64,000 nucleotides of DNA from contig CM082577.2 in assembly GCA_040954595.2 (NCBI GenBank), forward strand, positions 6,374,301 through 6,438,300. Reading direction: 5' to 3'. The first letter of the stretch is position 1, and every line of letters starts with the position of its first letter. The notes under the pieces were generated by a model that saw only the letters and a program-made list of their open reading frames with translations, had not been told where the DNA came from and made no database searches. Position numbers and translations under genes: made by a program. Source of the DNA: Balanoglossus misakiensis (lineage: Eukaryota > Animalia > Hemichordata). Positions 1-12,896 of this stretch are shown one piece after another.

Positions 1-1433
1 AACAATGCAGGGATGAATCTGATGCCCAAGTTATGGGTACTAACTAACAGGACTTTGAAAAGTCCCATATTTTTAGCACGTTTCATAAAATAGCATGGAT
101 CATGACACGCCTGACGAAAGAAAACATATACATAGGCCAGTTGGTTTTTTTCATAGGCAGATATGTCAGGCAGATTGTGAATGATTTGGAGTAAATAGCG
201 TTTGAGATTTTATCAATTTGAACTACACCCCCACTTGAAGATGGGTGTCACTTGGAACTGGCAATTTCAAAAACTATTATGACTACACGAGGCCAAGGGG
301 GTCGCGTATTGGACTGAAATGTTTCATTGTTCACCTTTACAACACTATCGTCCAATCCGTCGGCGACTTGTGCAAATTGTTGGGATTGACTGCTGTGTGT
401 GGAACTGTAACAGTCGATCAGGCACGGCGGGGACCGAGCGCGAGGACAATGGGCCAGTGTTCTCGCATTCGCCGTAAACACCCGCCGTCACACCACAGCA
501 AGTCTGACACCATCAAGCTCCCGGAGGATGACTAATGGCACTTCGGGAGACGGTGTAAAAAAGACAATAATCGACGCCCTGAATGTTTTTACCATTAATA
601 CCGAACTTGGACAGGAGTCAACCTTTTTATGACGTTGCATATGCCTTTAAGTGCAGCTATGCGGTTTTCATAAGCTGGTCGGGCTTTTTCATTTTTGCGA
701 GTCGCCTGAAAGGTGTTTTGTCAAAACATTTTCTAGCCAAGGTGACAAAACCCCTCTTCTCATGAATCAGCAAATCGACGTGCTTCTTGCTTCGCGATCT
801 CAGCACGAAGCGGAGCTATAACCACTTTTGCACGAGACGATTTGATTCGCCAGCGATTCTAACGGCCCTGTCCATGAAAACCTTGTGTATACATCAGCAA
901 GACTTCGGGTTTGGAGACGAGCATTTTGAATCTTTCTCCTCTTTTTTTTCAACAGTAGTATAAGCTTAAGGCACGCGTCAACCTGCAGTCAGTTTGAACC
1001 TAGCACGTTTAGATGCGTGTGTGTTTTATTGCCTCGTGTCAACTGAACCAAATGCCGCCCATTATGGTACCCTCTCCACCCCCTCGGGGGATGGTTTAGC
1101 ACACACACGCCGCGCAACCGATAAATCACGTTGAAATACACAGACTGCAAGCGTAGACCGGTCACTCCATAACGACTATCCCCAGGGAAAACCAAATACC
1201 AACGTACGTCCGTGCATACTTCTGATTTTCTGTGTCACGGAATTTTACTGCTATCAATCCTCCAGTTGCTCCGTATTTGGTACGACGGACGAGAACAAAG
1301 TCAGCACAGTCTTCTCCTCTCAATATATCACTCCAGATTCCAAACATGTTAAATTTCGAACATGAGTTTTGAAGGCAAACCTGCCCAAGTTACATTAAAT
1401 ACGATTCATTCTGTCGTTTTCTGAGAGAAAAAC

Positions 1434-2528
1434 TCAGTCTACAAAAACGCAAGTCGGTCACCTTTCCCAGAAGATAACAGTTTTGCGTTCCGATTACACG
1501 CTTATACCTTCTCGTCCAAACCCTATTATAAGTTAAAAGGAGGGGGAGATGCCACGGGTTAACTGGAGTGTGCTACAAAGCTAAAGGTGGTACCAAATTC
1601 ATCAATGGTTGACGTTCCATGAAGATGCGACACGCTCACCTGTCCCATTGGAACTTTGTTTTCGATAAACGGCGTCCAATAACTCATCCCTGTCCAAGTC
1701 TAAATGCTCTTTTCATGAAGTGATGGTGCTTTCACTCAACCTACACTTGTCACCATTCCCAAGGCGGAGTTTAATACGGTATGTCTCGTGTGGGTGACAA
1801 ACAAAGAGAGAAAATATGCGTGTGTAACATTTTAAAAACAAATATTCTACATCGCGAATAGCACGGAGTCTATCAAAATGTCATAAAACAACTCGAAGTT
1901 CAAACAGTAATCACAACGTGGTTTAATGAAGTTGAGAGGAAACACTCAGCCTGTTATCGGACTGTGGGTTTTGGTATCTTTCATCAGAGTTATTTCATGG
2001 TCTTATTTTGTCTGCACGGTCACATTTTGCCGGGTTCCTCACCATTGGTGGTCCTAAAACCACTGATAAAAGACTGATTGGTCCAGGACGCTGACTTAAA
2101 ACCACTGTCAGTCGCATATGGGCTCCAGTTTGCTCAGCGTCTATGCTATGCACAATGATAACAACTACATGTATTAAGCGTATGTACATATAATTGGTGC
2201 ACCAAATATGGAGCATCAGTTCCTCACTCTTTTCGGAACATCTGCCCGGTCAGTTTCTTCAATCTGAGAGGGGGGGGGGGGGTTAATTTGTTTTGGTGCG
2301 TGATAAAAACAATTGTGAAGACTGCATGCACATGCCGACCTATTATCAAAAAGCCGTGAGGATCGCACGGTGCTGTAATTTGTTAAATTCATTACGTTGT
2401 GGCTTTTTGCCAAACTGCTTAAACACTAGAAGATGGTTTATTATAAAGGTTGCTGGCGTGACGGAGTTTCTTGAAGCAACTTACAGTTGTACATTTGTTC
2501 TCGACAAATGCGAAATTTCAAGGTCCGT
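1434..2528 (-). CDS. Possible micro-exon gene, 3' part only (unknown product)
   Basis: Small AG/GT-bounded exons with compatible phases: 2528-2485 (44 nt), ~2264-2229 (36 nt), ~2053-2043 (11 nt), 1699-1640 (60 nt), 1522-1508 (15 nt), then 1438-1434 (stop). Spliced product: TDLEISHLSRTNVQLLKKLTGQMFRKETTNDLDRDELLDAVYRKQSSNGTGFGRED*. 5' exons not resolved; no family recognised. Confidence 0.3.
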
Positions 2529-3589
2529 CTGAACATCTCGTAGCTGTCAATGAAGCGCTAATGCACTGTATTTTGTTGCACTGTTCTCAGTGAAGCGAGG
2601 ACTATAGATAAACCGCCCTGTGACTGTAAGTGTGTTGTAAAAGACAATTCGCCACAGTCCTTCACCTTTGGCTCAGTGTGTATATGTATGGGTATGGAAG
2701 ACAATACAATTTGGCCTGTTTGCGGTCGGTGGACAAGTCCAAAGTCATTGCCTCGGGTACATTTTACACTTTCGCCCCCACGAAATTAAGCCATCCAGAC
2801 ACTGCCTTTTGTCTGTGCAAATATGCGGCATATATAATTCGCTGCGAACAGGTTTGCGAGTAAACAAGTATGACTATGCAATCTGAGATTCTCAGGTGCA
2901 CGTGACGGGTCGCCGAATCTTCACACGTGCAAGCCCGAATCTCTCCGAGGCAGTGAAAGATGCTCGAATTTCTGTCGTTCCACAGTGTCATCCTTTTGTT
3001 GTGGCACATATGCAGAATCGCCAACCGCGACCGTCCTAAAAGCGACAAACCACGACATATTGGCCATTTGCCGATGACCCATCGCACCTTGAAATTTGAT
3101 ATCCCATTCAAAAGACAGACCTATACGTCGCATATTTTGGAAATGTATGAACAGGCTGTCATTGTTTGCACTTAATAACCCATCCCCGCAAGACACAGCA
3201 AGTGGCATCATCAAAGATGGCGGGACCCCGCCGGATTCTCCACCATGGCAACGGGTCAAGACACAAGAGCGATGGTTGAGCTCACTGTGTGTGGAATGGC
3301 ACCCATATCCTGCTGCAACCGTACTCGTGATCCGAGGGGGGGGGGGGGGTAGTACGTAAGCGAAAATAAAGGTCGCCAAGGACCGCTTAGTCTCTGTAAT
3401 GTTCCGAGGAAGAAAACACGCTAAAGGCATTCCTGGTGTTAGCTGCAACTGTTCATACTGGGTTTTTTCTGCGCATTTTTATTCTGTGTGTCATCTTAAC
3501 TGGACATATTGCCAGATTCTTTTGCCAATAAACGACAGCCCATTATTGCTCCACCGTACACTATAAAACACCTACCACTAGAGGAACTG

Positions 3590-3712
3590 GTACAGTACAG
3601 TACAGTGCAGGACAGTGCAGTATAGTGCATTGCATTACACTGCAGTACAGTGCAGGGCATTACACTGCAGTACAGTACAGTGCAGTGCAGTGCAGTGGAG
3701 TGCATGCAGTAC
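3590..3712. repeat. Degenerate pentanucleotide microsatellite (CAGTA/CAGTG/CATTG)n
   Basis: Direct reading: tacagtacagtacagtgcag...cagtgcagtgcagtgcagtg. Confidence 0.85.
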
Positions 3713-4627
3713 AGAAAATGCGTTCTGCACCAGGCTGTTGGGCCTACGGTATACTATGCACTGGCCTATAAATCGATTAGTAGTACTTTTAGACAAAATA
3801 TTCTGTAAAGAATAAGTTCTCTGCATTCCAGTACAGTGTCTTCGCCGAGTGAAATCGTGCGCAGCTGCGGTTGCAGGCTACGCCTCGCGGCAACTCAATG
3901 CACGCTATTGACACGGCTTAGCATCTTAAGGAGAAATGCGGTATACATTCAACACAAACACGAGATAAATGTGTCAAAGTCATGAAGAGAAACTGTTTGT
4001 ACTGTAGCGTATTCGTTTCTTATTTGATATTTCAAGTGGGTGCGGGGTCTCCGCCTGGTGGCACTAGAAAAAAAGGATTTCAAGTCCTAGCTGTCGAAAT
4101 TCTCTTCATCTACTCATTAGGCGTCCGTAGACACGAGTGTTATGTACAGGAGAATGGTCTTTTATGACTTCGCGGGAAGCAATTTTGTAGTCTAGTTACA
4201 GGCAGCATCGCTGTTACTGCAATCGACTTCAGCCGGCTACGCAGAGTCTTTGCGCCGGCTCACAATGCTTCCATTCACAGGCCTCGCTGTGCAGCGCTCC
4301 CTGTTACTAGGGAAATTGCGAGCTGGCCGGTTGTCACGGTATTTCCCTTGCCCAAATCGATCACCTGATTGGGGTTGTCTGGAAGCATTGAGGATTGTAC
4401 ACGGGGCTCTCCATCAGCTCTGAAAGGGCGGCATTGTTGCGCACAGAGAGCGCACTGTTCCGAGGGTTGTTGTGTTTCCCCCCGCTGCTTGGTTGTTTGT
4501 TCGGCCGGACACCTGTGTGTCTATGCAGTGTGCAGTGATGGATTGTGCGCTTGTCTCCAGGATAAGAACGAGAAAGCGCGCTTTCAGACTCAAGCACAAT
4601 TCACAGCATGCACAGTACACGACAGAG

Positions 4628-4744
4628 CAATCTGATTAAAATCAGATGTAGGGAACGGCGACGTGGGTTTTTTTATGCTGTAGTGTAGGCGACAGCATAA
4701 AAAAAACACATCGCCGTTCCCTACATCTGATTTTAATCAGATTG
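4628..4744. mobile_element. Palindromic MITE with 9-bp TSD (AcademH- or Mutator-type non-autonomous element)
   Basis: Near-perfect hairpin caatctgattaaaatcagatgtagggaacggcga...tcgccgttccctacatctgattttaatcagattg, flanked by the direct repeat ACGACAGAG (4619-4627, 4745-4753). Confidence 0.85.
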
Positions 4745-5432
4745 ACGACAGAGGCGAATCGATGATTGTCCCGGACCGCGCAGGGGGGGGGGGGGATCGG
4801 GCGAAACAGAAAACTAGAAGTCGCGAACAAAGCAATCATGGGAATTTGAAGTTAAAGTTCAAACGGGATTTACACATTCCGCCGGTAAGACAATACGTGG
4901 GCGGCTTGTGTCAAGTGGACCACGCAATGTACACTTGAAGGGAGGGGTCGTTTTTGAAGAAAAAAAAGATTTACGAGTCAGCAAGCAACCTTCAACAATG
5001 AACTTTACTGTTTGCCGCACAATGGCGTTCAAGGTCTACCTCACAGGTACGAAGATAACCCAGTTCAAAGTCTCGATCGATCGATCTTGACATTTCAATG
5101 AAATCTCACACACTTTGTGTTTATATAGGACATCATTCTTGACGTTTTGATAAATGTATTTGACTGTAATTCAAATCTGACGATATATTAGTGATAAACT
5201 GTTTGTAATTGCTATGCTATGTCTCTAAGCTACCTTAGAAGTAGGTGAAAATTAATATGATCTTAATTTATTATTTCAATTTATTATTTGCAATCACCAG
5301 AAACGGGTAGCGATGGGAGATTCTGATCACATAAGTCTTTACTTTCATTCTTCAACACTGAATAAATCCTATCATTCATATTGCACAAGAGTGAAACTTT
5401 CCCTTTTTTTCTAAATCATCCTGCAATAGTTA

Positions 5433-6227
5433 GGCTGCATTCACAAACACCTCTGGAGGGGGGGGGCAGGAGAATTGAGGGGGGGGATTTGAAAAAAATG
5501 AGGGTATGTAAGGGGGGGGATTTGAAATAATTTAGGGACTGAAAGGGGGGGACTTGAAAACTTTGACGACTAAATATTTATTTTGAGTCCACAAAAATGC
5601 AGTTTCGCGCCCTTTATTTTACAAAATTTTCTAATGTGGGAGGGGGACACCCCCTCCCACACCCACCCCCTCCATTCATCAACACCTTTCAATCATTTAC
5701 TGCTTTATCTAGTGTCCCAGGTCAGGGGACTTGCCCCCACCCCATGATAACTTTGAGCGGCGACGGTTTAATTTGTCCTCCCCAACATACCGGTAGTTGA
5801 GTTAATTTGCTTTTGCTGGGTTCATTAAAATGCAGCTTTGAGCTCTGTATTTTATAAAATTTTCTTACGTGGGAGGGGGACACCCCCTCCCAAACCCACC
5901 CCCTTCAATTCTCGGTTTACAATGTCTCCCAACACAGAATACAAATACTTACACAATAAAAACAATGTTCAGTTTTAATACCCACTGATGAGGGGAAACA
6001 TCAGTTTCAAATTCTTTTCATGGGAACGCTGTTTTTCTTTTTTACAAGATAGATGTGTTTTGCTCTGTGAAAGAAAATGGGGGGGGGGGGATTTCAAAAT
6101 TTTGGCAGTACGGAAGGGGGGGATTTGAAAATATTTCGGGTTGTGTGGGGGGGCATGTCAAAATTAGCGGTAAAAAAAATTGAATTCTCCCGCCCCCCCC
6201 CCTCCAGAGGTGTTTGTGAATGCAGCC
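5433..6227. mobile_element. PIF/Harbinger-type non-autonomous DNA transposon
   Basis: ~45-bp terminal inverted repeats (TIRs) GGCTGCATTCACAAACACCTCTGGAGGGG... / ...CCCCTCCAGAGGTGTTTGTGAATGCAGCC, with TTA TSD (5430-5432, 6228-6230). Internal duplicated motif gggagggggacaccccctccca. No transposase. Confidence 0.85.
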
Positions 6228-8109
6228 TTAGCTCTTTGTGGACAGAAATATTGGCCAAAGAACGCCCTCTGTGGTCAGCTTGGTCGGGTACGAGAACGAC
6301 GCCCTCGATCATATTTCAATGTCGCCAATGCAGGCAAGCTTATCTTGGCTTGAATTAATTTTCTGTAGACTAGAATTAAGTTTGCTAACATCTCGAATTT
6401 ATTTTATGTATAGTGTCGAATTAATTTTGGCCGATCCCACAGTCCTTAGCGCACGCTTTCTTAAATCAAGATGGCGGCTGCTGACAATGTTTTTTTCGCC
6501 ATGGTAAACTCTTACGGATGTGGAATCGTTTGTTGTTCAAAATGTCTGACAAAGTACGACAAAAAAGTAATCCGAAATTTCAACAGTTTTGTAACTGTGT
6601 CAGCACTTTTGATGCTGGTCACGTGACGGGACTTGAGACGCGACAGAGCAAAGTTTTCGCTGCTGATTGGTTGGAGCCACCTGGACCACCGCCACTTGGA
6701 AATTTCCGTCCAGCATTCCGTGCATTTTCATAAGAGAGTCAGACGGAGACGCTGCAGCACGGACCACGAGAAGATGCGGAGAACTCTGCCCCCAAAACAG
6801 AGTTTCTCCGCTGGATAGTTTTCACGACGACAGCGGTAAGTAAAGTATTACAGAAGTAGACACATTTACTCAATTTTTGAGCGGAAACGTGGGTTATTCT
6901 GTGGCGAGTTACGGACAACCAAAAAGCCAGACGTTTAGCCTACACCACAGCATTCAAAAATTGGATGCGTCGCAGTCGGACAGCTCGAGTCAGCGCTTCC
7001 CTGCGTTTTAATTCACAAATTCCACCCTTTCGCGTTACTCGAGACGTACGGTTACACTACTAAGTTGGTGTTATAGTGCTACTGGTGGGCGGCAGTTTGT
7101 TTTTTGTTTTACATAAAAAACGAGGTAGTTTTTCTGGAAAGGGGAGGGGGGCTACCATGAATTGGTAGCGGGTTCGATGAATTGACAGCGGGTACACGTG
7201 TAGTCAGCGTGTTTTCGAGAGTGAGCGAATGCAAATTTTGTAACACACAACCATACAATGGCAAAAATAAGCTTTAAAACGCTTCATTGGGAACAGTTAT
7301 TTTAGTGTGTCCGTGCAGCCTTTGCCAAAAAAAAAAAAATTGTCGGAGTTTAAAATGTTCCACTTGGCTGTAGGCTTAAACTTGAAAATATGTAATGTAC
7401 ATGCATAGTGCCATGCTGAGGTTTTAGACTACTTGTCTGTCGTTGTCTCTCTAGTACCTCCATGAATGATATGATGTACAATATGCGAATGAACAACAGT
7501 TTAGCCTACGGTGATCCCGGTTGATGTTTGGTTTCGTTTTCATGGATAGACATTCAATTTGCTTTCTAATTTTTTTTTGCAGACCGAAGGCCCAGATGAA
7601 CTGATGCTGTACGTTCCGCGTGGATGCCATGATGTTGTACAAGCATGATGTCAAAGTAAGCGGTATCAGCCAAGTTTTTTTTGGCAATTTTTAAGAACTT
7701 TCAACGATTCTGACTGGTGCCGGTAGCCAGTTCAGCGAACCGATTTTGCACAAATCTGAAGAATGCAACAATGCGGATGCTATATGTGGATGTCATTTTA
7801 AAGTTTTAATACCAACATGACTACATGCTCGGTGTATGGGTCATTTTTGTTACGGCACCAACAAGTTCATCGGCTTTGTCGTTGTTGTGAGTGTGTGTGT
7901 GCATGAGTGTACGGTAAGTTGTACGGTATATTTGGGCCATGCAGCTAGACTACAATGAGGTGAGCGTTTGTATGTTCCATGGCTGAATGAAGACCAGTGG
8001 ATGAAGTTTCGTAACAAGTAAGTTATATAGACATAAATAAAATCCCCGGTGCGGGTGGGTCCCATCCCTTAGACTGTTGGTTTAATATAATTAATACGCG
8101 TTTTTTTTT

Positions 8110-9465
8110 CAGATATGTAATCTTTCATCATTTTCAATAAAAAAATCTAAAAAAACACATACATGTACTGATAAAACTGTGAGTGGTTTATTTCCGTACC
8201 GATCATCTTCGCTAGTGTGTATATAGTTAGGCTAATACAAGTTTTTGGAGACATGTTATCTTTAGTCATTTTTCAATAAAAAAAAACTATTAAAACATGC
8301 GTCTTATAAAACTGGGAGTGGTTTATTTCCGTACCGATCATCTTCGCTAGTGCGTATATAGTTAGGCTAATACAAGTTTTTGGAGACATGTTATCTTTAG
8401 TCATTTTTCAATAAAAAAAAACTATTAAAACATGCGTCTTATAAAACTGGGAGTGGTTTATTTCCGTACCGATCATCTTCGCTAGTGCGTATATAGTTAG
8501 GCTAATACAAGTTTTTGGAGACATGTTATCTTTAGTCATTTTTCAATAAAAAAAAACTATTAAAACATGCGTCTTATAAAACTGGGAGTGGTTTATTTCC
8601 GTACCGATCATCTTCGCTAGTGCGTATATAGTTAATACAAGTTTTTGGAGATTGTAATCTTTCGTCAATTTTCAATAAAAAAAACTATTAAAAACATACG
8701 TCTTGATAAAACTGGGAGTGGTTTATTTCCGTACCGATCATCTTCGCTAGTGCGTATATAGTTAATACAAGATTTTTTAGATTTGTAATCTTTCGTCAAT
8801 TTTCAATAAAAAAAACTATTAAAAACATACGTCTTGATAAAACTGGGAGTGGTCTATTTCCGTACCGATCATCTTCTCGTGTGCGTATGTCTCTGTTAGC
8901 CATATTGACATTTATTTCATTTGCTTGTTTTGCAGATGCAGAGACCAGAGTGTTTTTAGCCAGCAGCGGTATAGCTCGGTTGGGTAAGGGCGGACATGTT
9001 ATCTTTAGTCATTTTTCAATAAAAAAAAACTATTAAAACATGCGTCTTATAAAACTGGGAGTGGTTTATTTCCGTACCGATCATCTTCGCTAGTGCGTAT
9101 ATAGTTAATACAAGTTTTTGGAGATTGTAATCTTTCGTCAATTTTCAATAAAAAAAACTATTAAAAACATACGTCTTGATAAAACTGGGAGTGGTTTATT
9201 TCCGTACCGATCATCTTCGCTAGTGCGTATATAGTTAATACAAGATTTTTTAGATTTGTAATCTTTCGTCAATTTTCAATAAAAAAAACTATTAAAAACA
9301 TACGTCTTGATAAAACTGGGAGTGGTCTATTTCCGTACCGATCATCTTCTCGTGTGCGTATGTCTCTGTTAGCCATATTGACATTTATTTCATTTGCTTG
9401 TTTTGCAGATGCAGAGACCAGAGTGTTTTTAGCCAGCAGCGGTATAGCTCGGTTGGGTAAGGGCG
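8110..9465. repeat. Tandem array, 131-135-bp unit (about 9 copies), with a ~470-bp higher-order duplication
   Basis: ataaaactg(g)gagtggtttatttccgtaccgatcatcttc recurs at 8171, 8306, 8441, 8576, ~8706, 8837, 9049, 9179 and ~9310. 8520-8991 is nearly identical to 8993-9464. Confidence 0.95.
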
Positions 9466-9835
9466 GGTATGTTTCATGGCCGAATGATCATGAATATTAC
9501 TGACATTCACTTTATTTGCTTGTTTTGCAGATCCAGAGACGAGATCAACTGATAATGGTACTCATCAACCAAGCTGGGGCCTCGTTAACTAGTTATTTTC
9601 GCCATGCTGGCAGTATAGCTGGGTGCGGTAAGGGCAGTATGTTCAAACGCTGAACGATCATGAATATTACTGACATTCACTTCATTTGCTTGTTTCGCAG
9701 ATCCAGAGACGAGATCAACTGATAATGGTACTCTCATCAACCAAGCTTGGGGCCTCAGTAACTAGTTATTTTCGCCATGCTGGCAGTGTAGCTGGGTGCG
9801 GTAAGGGCAGTATGTTCAATGGCTGACTGAAGACC
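9466..9835. repeat. Tandem duplication, ~170-bp unit (2 copies plus a partial), containing acceptor and donor motifs
   Basis: gatcatgaatattactgacattcactt...gcag atccagagacgagatcaactgataatggtactc...gctgggtgcggtaagggcagtatgttca occurs twice. Confidence 0.9.
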
Positions 9836-12800
9836 AGAGGTTCCAAGGAAGGTTTGACAAGCGATATAGACATCAAAGCCTCTCTTTTCATGGTGGCAAT
9901 TTTTTTTTTCGATTCAGACTGTTGCCGTTACCTAGTCATGTGACCTGATTTTGCACAAACCTGACTGTGACAATATGGACCTGGTACTCTATGTGGATGT
10001 CAGTTCAATGTTTTAAAACCGACCTGACTGCCAGATGCAAAGGGTGGCCATTGTGTTATGGCACAAACGTATTCGTCATCTTCCTCGGACACATTCCATT
10101 TACATGCATACTTTTTTATTTATTCCAGGGATTCCATAGATGATGCTAAGATGATAACCAGCCTGTGTGATTGATGTCCAGAGGTTACTGCATGGTTGTG
10201 GGAAGGTAAGAATTATGGTACAGAAAACTGAAGCCATGACGGAGACAATACATGGTAGGGGGTGTGGGTGGGGTTTGTTTGTTCACAATGTCCAGCAGTT
10301 GTCGGTTTAACTAAGTAAAATTATGAGCTCATTTTGGCAGATCTCTATTGTTGTTGCAGTATAATTTAATCAAGTTGCCAAATAGAGTGAAATTCCAAGA
10401 AGCCATACAGATTTGCATGATGTACCATCTGCGAGTGAACAACAATTGGCGTATATTGGTGACCATGCTTTGTTTCATGTCCATGGATATTATAGACATT
10501 AATTTCTACCTTGCTTGTTTTGCAGATGCACAGACCAGATGGGTATCTGACGAAGAAGTGTCCATTTTCTGCGATGAAGCTGTAACTGGTACTGGCAGTC
10601 TGCAGTGACCACCTAACATCTAATGACAATTGTATTTCCATTGATGTTTACCAATCTGATGCAATGCAATGCTATCGTATGGTATGCTTTGGGTCGCAAA
10701 ATTCTTGGAAAATTTGGCATGATTGTGTAGATTATATCTCTTTGATTTTGTTTCTAAATTGCCCCAATGCTGTATGCTATTTCTGTTGACAAACTTCGCC
10801 TAACTTACCTGTAAAGAACTCATTCCACCCCTACACTTGCACTCGCCACAGAACAGCAATTAAAGTAATCTTGTCTGAAATTCAAATTCTCATTAAACAT
10901 TGGAAAGATGAATGATTCTGTTCTCCATTTGTAAATTTTGAAATCACTTGATTTGGAAGGTGGGTCCTTGCCATATATTGAGAGGATTTGTTTTCAGTTC
11001 TTCACAGAACATTCTGTGGAGTAGTATGCATTGCATGGTAGACTTGTATCCATCAATGGAGATACAACGAATATGGTTTGAGTTTCACAGAATTAATGTA
11101 TTTGCTCCTTTTTCATTATTGTAAGTATACAGGTAATACTGTATACATGTATCCTCTTTTGTTTATGGTTTCAAAACTTTGAAATTAAAATTTTCAATGT
11201 ACTAGATTAAAATGAAATACTCGTGTCTGTATCATTACCCCAACACTGCCTTGATGTCGAGATAATTGAAACAGGTAAGGTCAAAGGTCGGCCTGTTAAT
11301 TTGTAGCAAACTCTGTTGTCCCTTTGAAACTCAAAGCGGCAGGTTTGCAGCCATTATAGATACTGACATATGAAAAGAAGGTGAAAAGTCGTCACAATTT
11401 TGGCAAACTAATTTTGCTCTCGTAATTGGCCATAGCAACTGAGGTCTTGGTCTTTGCTTCCTACTGACGCTCAGGAAATTCAAAAGTAGGCGCAAGATCG
11501 CCTGTAAACATGGAAACAAATTCTGGAAGTTTGACCGGTTTTCTAAATTTGCTAAAACGTTCAACAGTATGTCAAAAGTTGCCACAAATCCAAAGTCTGT
11601 ACCCTTGCTGAGCTTTTCCAAGTAAACGTATCCATGTACACGACAGATATACTCTGGTCCCAACACTAAACATGAAAATTGAGAGCTGCCAGGCAAAGCT
11701 GCCTGGGTCTGATTGAATAAATGTATTACCCCAGCAAGGAGCATTGGTTTACAACTGAACTCTTCTGCTTGACATCCTGGGCTGCCATTTGTTTATTGCT
11801 ATCAACTGCCCTAAGTGTTACACTACTGGCTGTTAACCTTAAAAGGGTACAAGGACTGGCTGTAAATCCCCCAAGCCCTCCACATTCACACAATCATACC
11901 ACTAGCACCAAAAGACTGTATAGCGCCCCCAAGAGACATAAAAGTGAAAAATTGTTGACAGAGTAGAAATAAACTAAATGTGATATTTAAAAACCAATTT
12001 TATTATCTTTAAATCATGGACTGTTTCAGTGAAAGTCTCTTAAATTATAGCAGCCAACGGAAATGAGTCAATATCAGAAATCTTTGTATCGAACAATTTT
12101 GTTACAAAAAAGTCATCTGATTTTTACATCCCTGAAAGTAGTTACATCATGATATTGTACAAAGATGTGGTCTAACAAAGAAGGGCCCACACAACTTGTT
12201 GTCAAGGTAAGTTGGCAGAATAATACCAAAATGTGGAAAATACAATTACAGTAATATAATCTGACACCTGTCAAATTTGGTCCAAATTCTCGCTTTGGTT
12301 CAAAAGATATCTTTAAACAGTTATTAAACATGAAAATGTTGGGACTTCTTTGGTTTTCTGTGTATTTGAATCCTTCCAGATCATGGATAATAAATAAACA
12401 AGAAAGCCTCACACATGCAGCACCTTAACTTTCTATAGTAGTGCATTTTAAATATCAATATAAGTGGAAGAAAGCTGCACCTTATGCCAAGAAAAATACT
12501 ATCAGGTATGCCTACGCAAAGCAATTTTTTAAAGCAATCTGACATACAGTTCTTAAGTTTTGACCATTTTTACATTATTTGCATATAAGCTCCTACGATA
12601 CACATACTCAAAATTGGAGCTAAAATAATTTTGTTTAATATCGGCTATATATAGTTTTCACAAGCAGCGTACAGACATGGTGATTAAATCAAAATGTATG
12701 TGCTGCACAAATTAGACAGGAGATATGCGACTTTTCTTTGATTATGCACTGCATGAAGTGAACATAGACTTTGATTGTTCAATTATCTCAAAAAATATGC

Positions 12801-12896
12801 GACACACATGTAATGTGTGAGGAGGGTTGGCAAAACTATGATATACTGGTATTTTTGGGTCGTATTGCACTTCTGGTGAACAGCGCCACCAAGTGG

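Noticed and set aside
245-535. 96-aa ORF at the window start
   Set aside because: Non-ATG start, no recognisable family, no clear splice context.
8110-9465. Regularly spaced repeats resembling a CRISPR array
   Set aside because: The whole 131-135-bp unit repeats with no unique spacers, there are no cas genes, and the context is eukaryotic.
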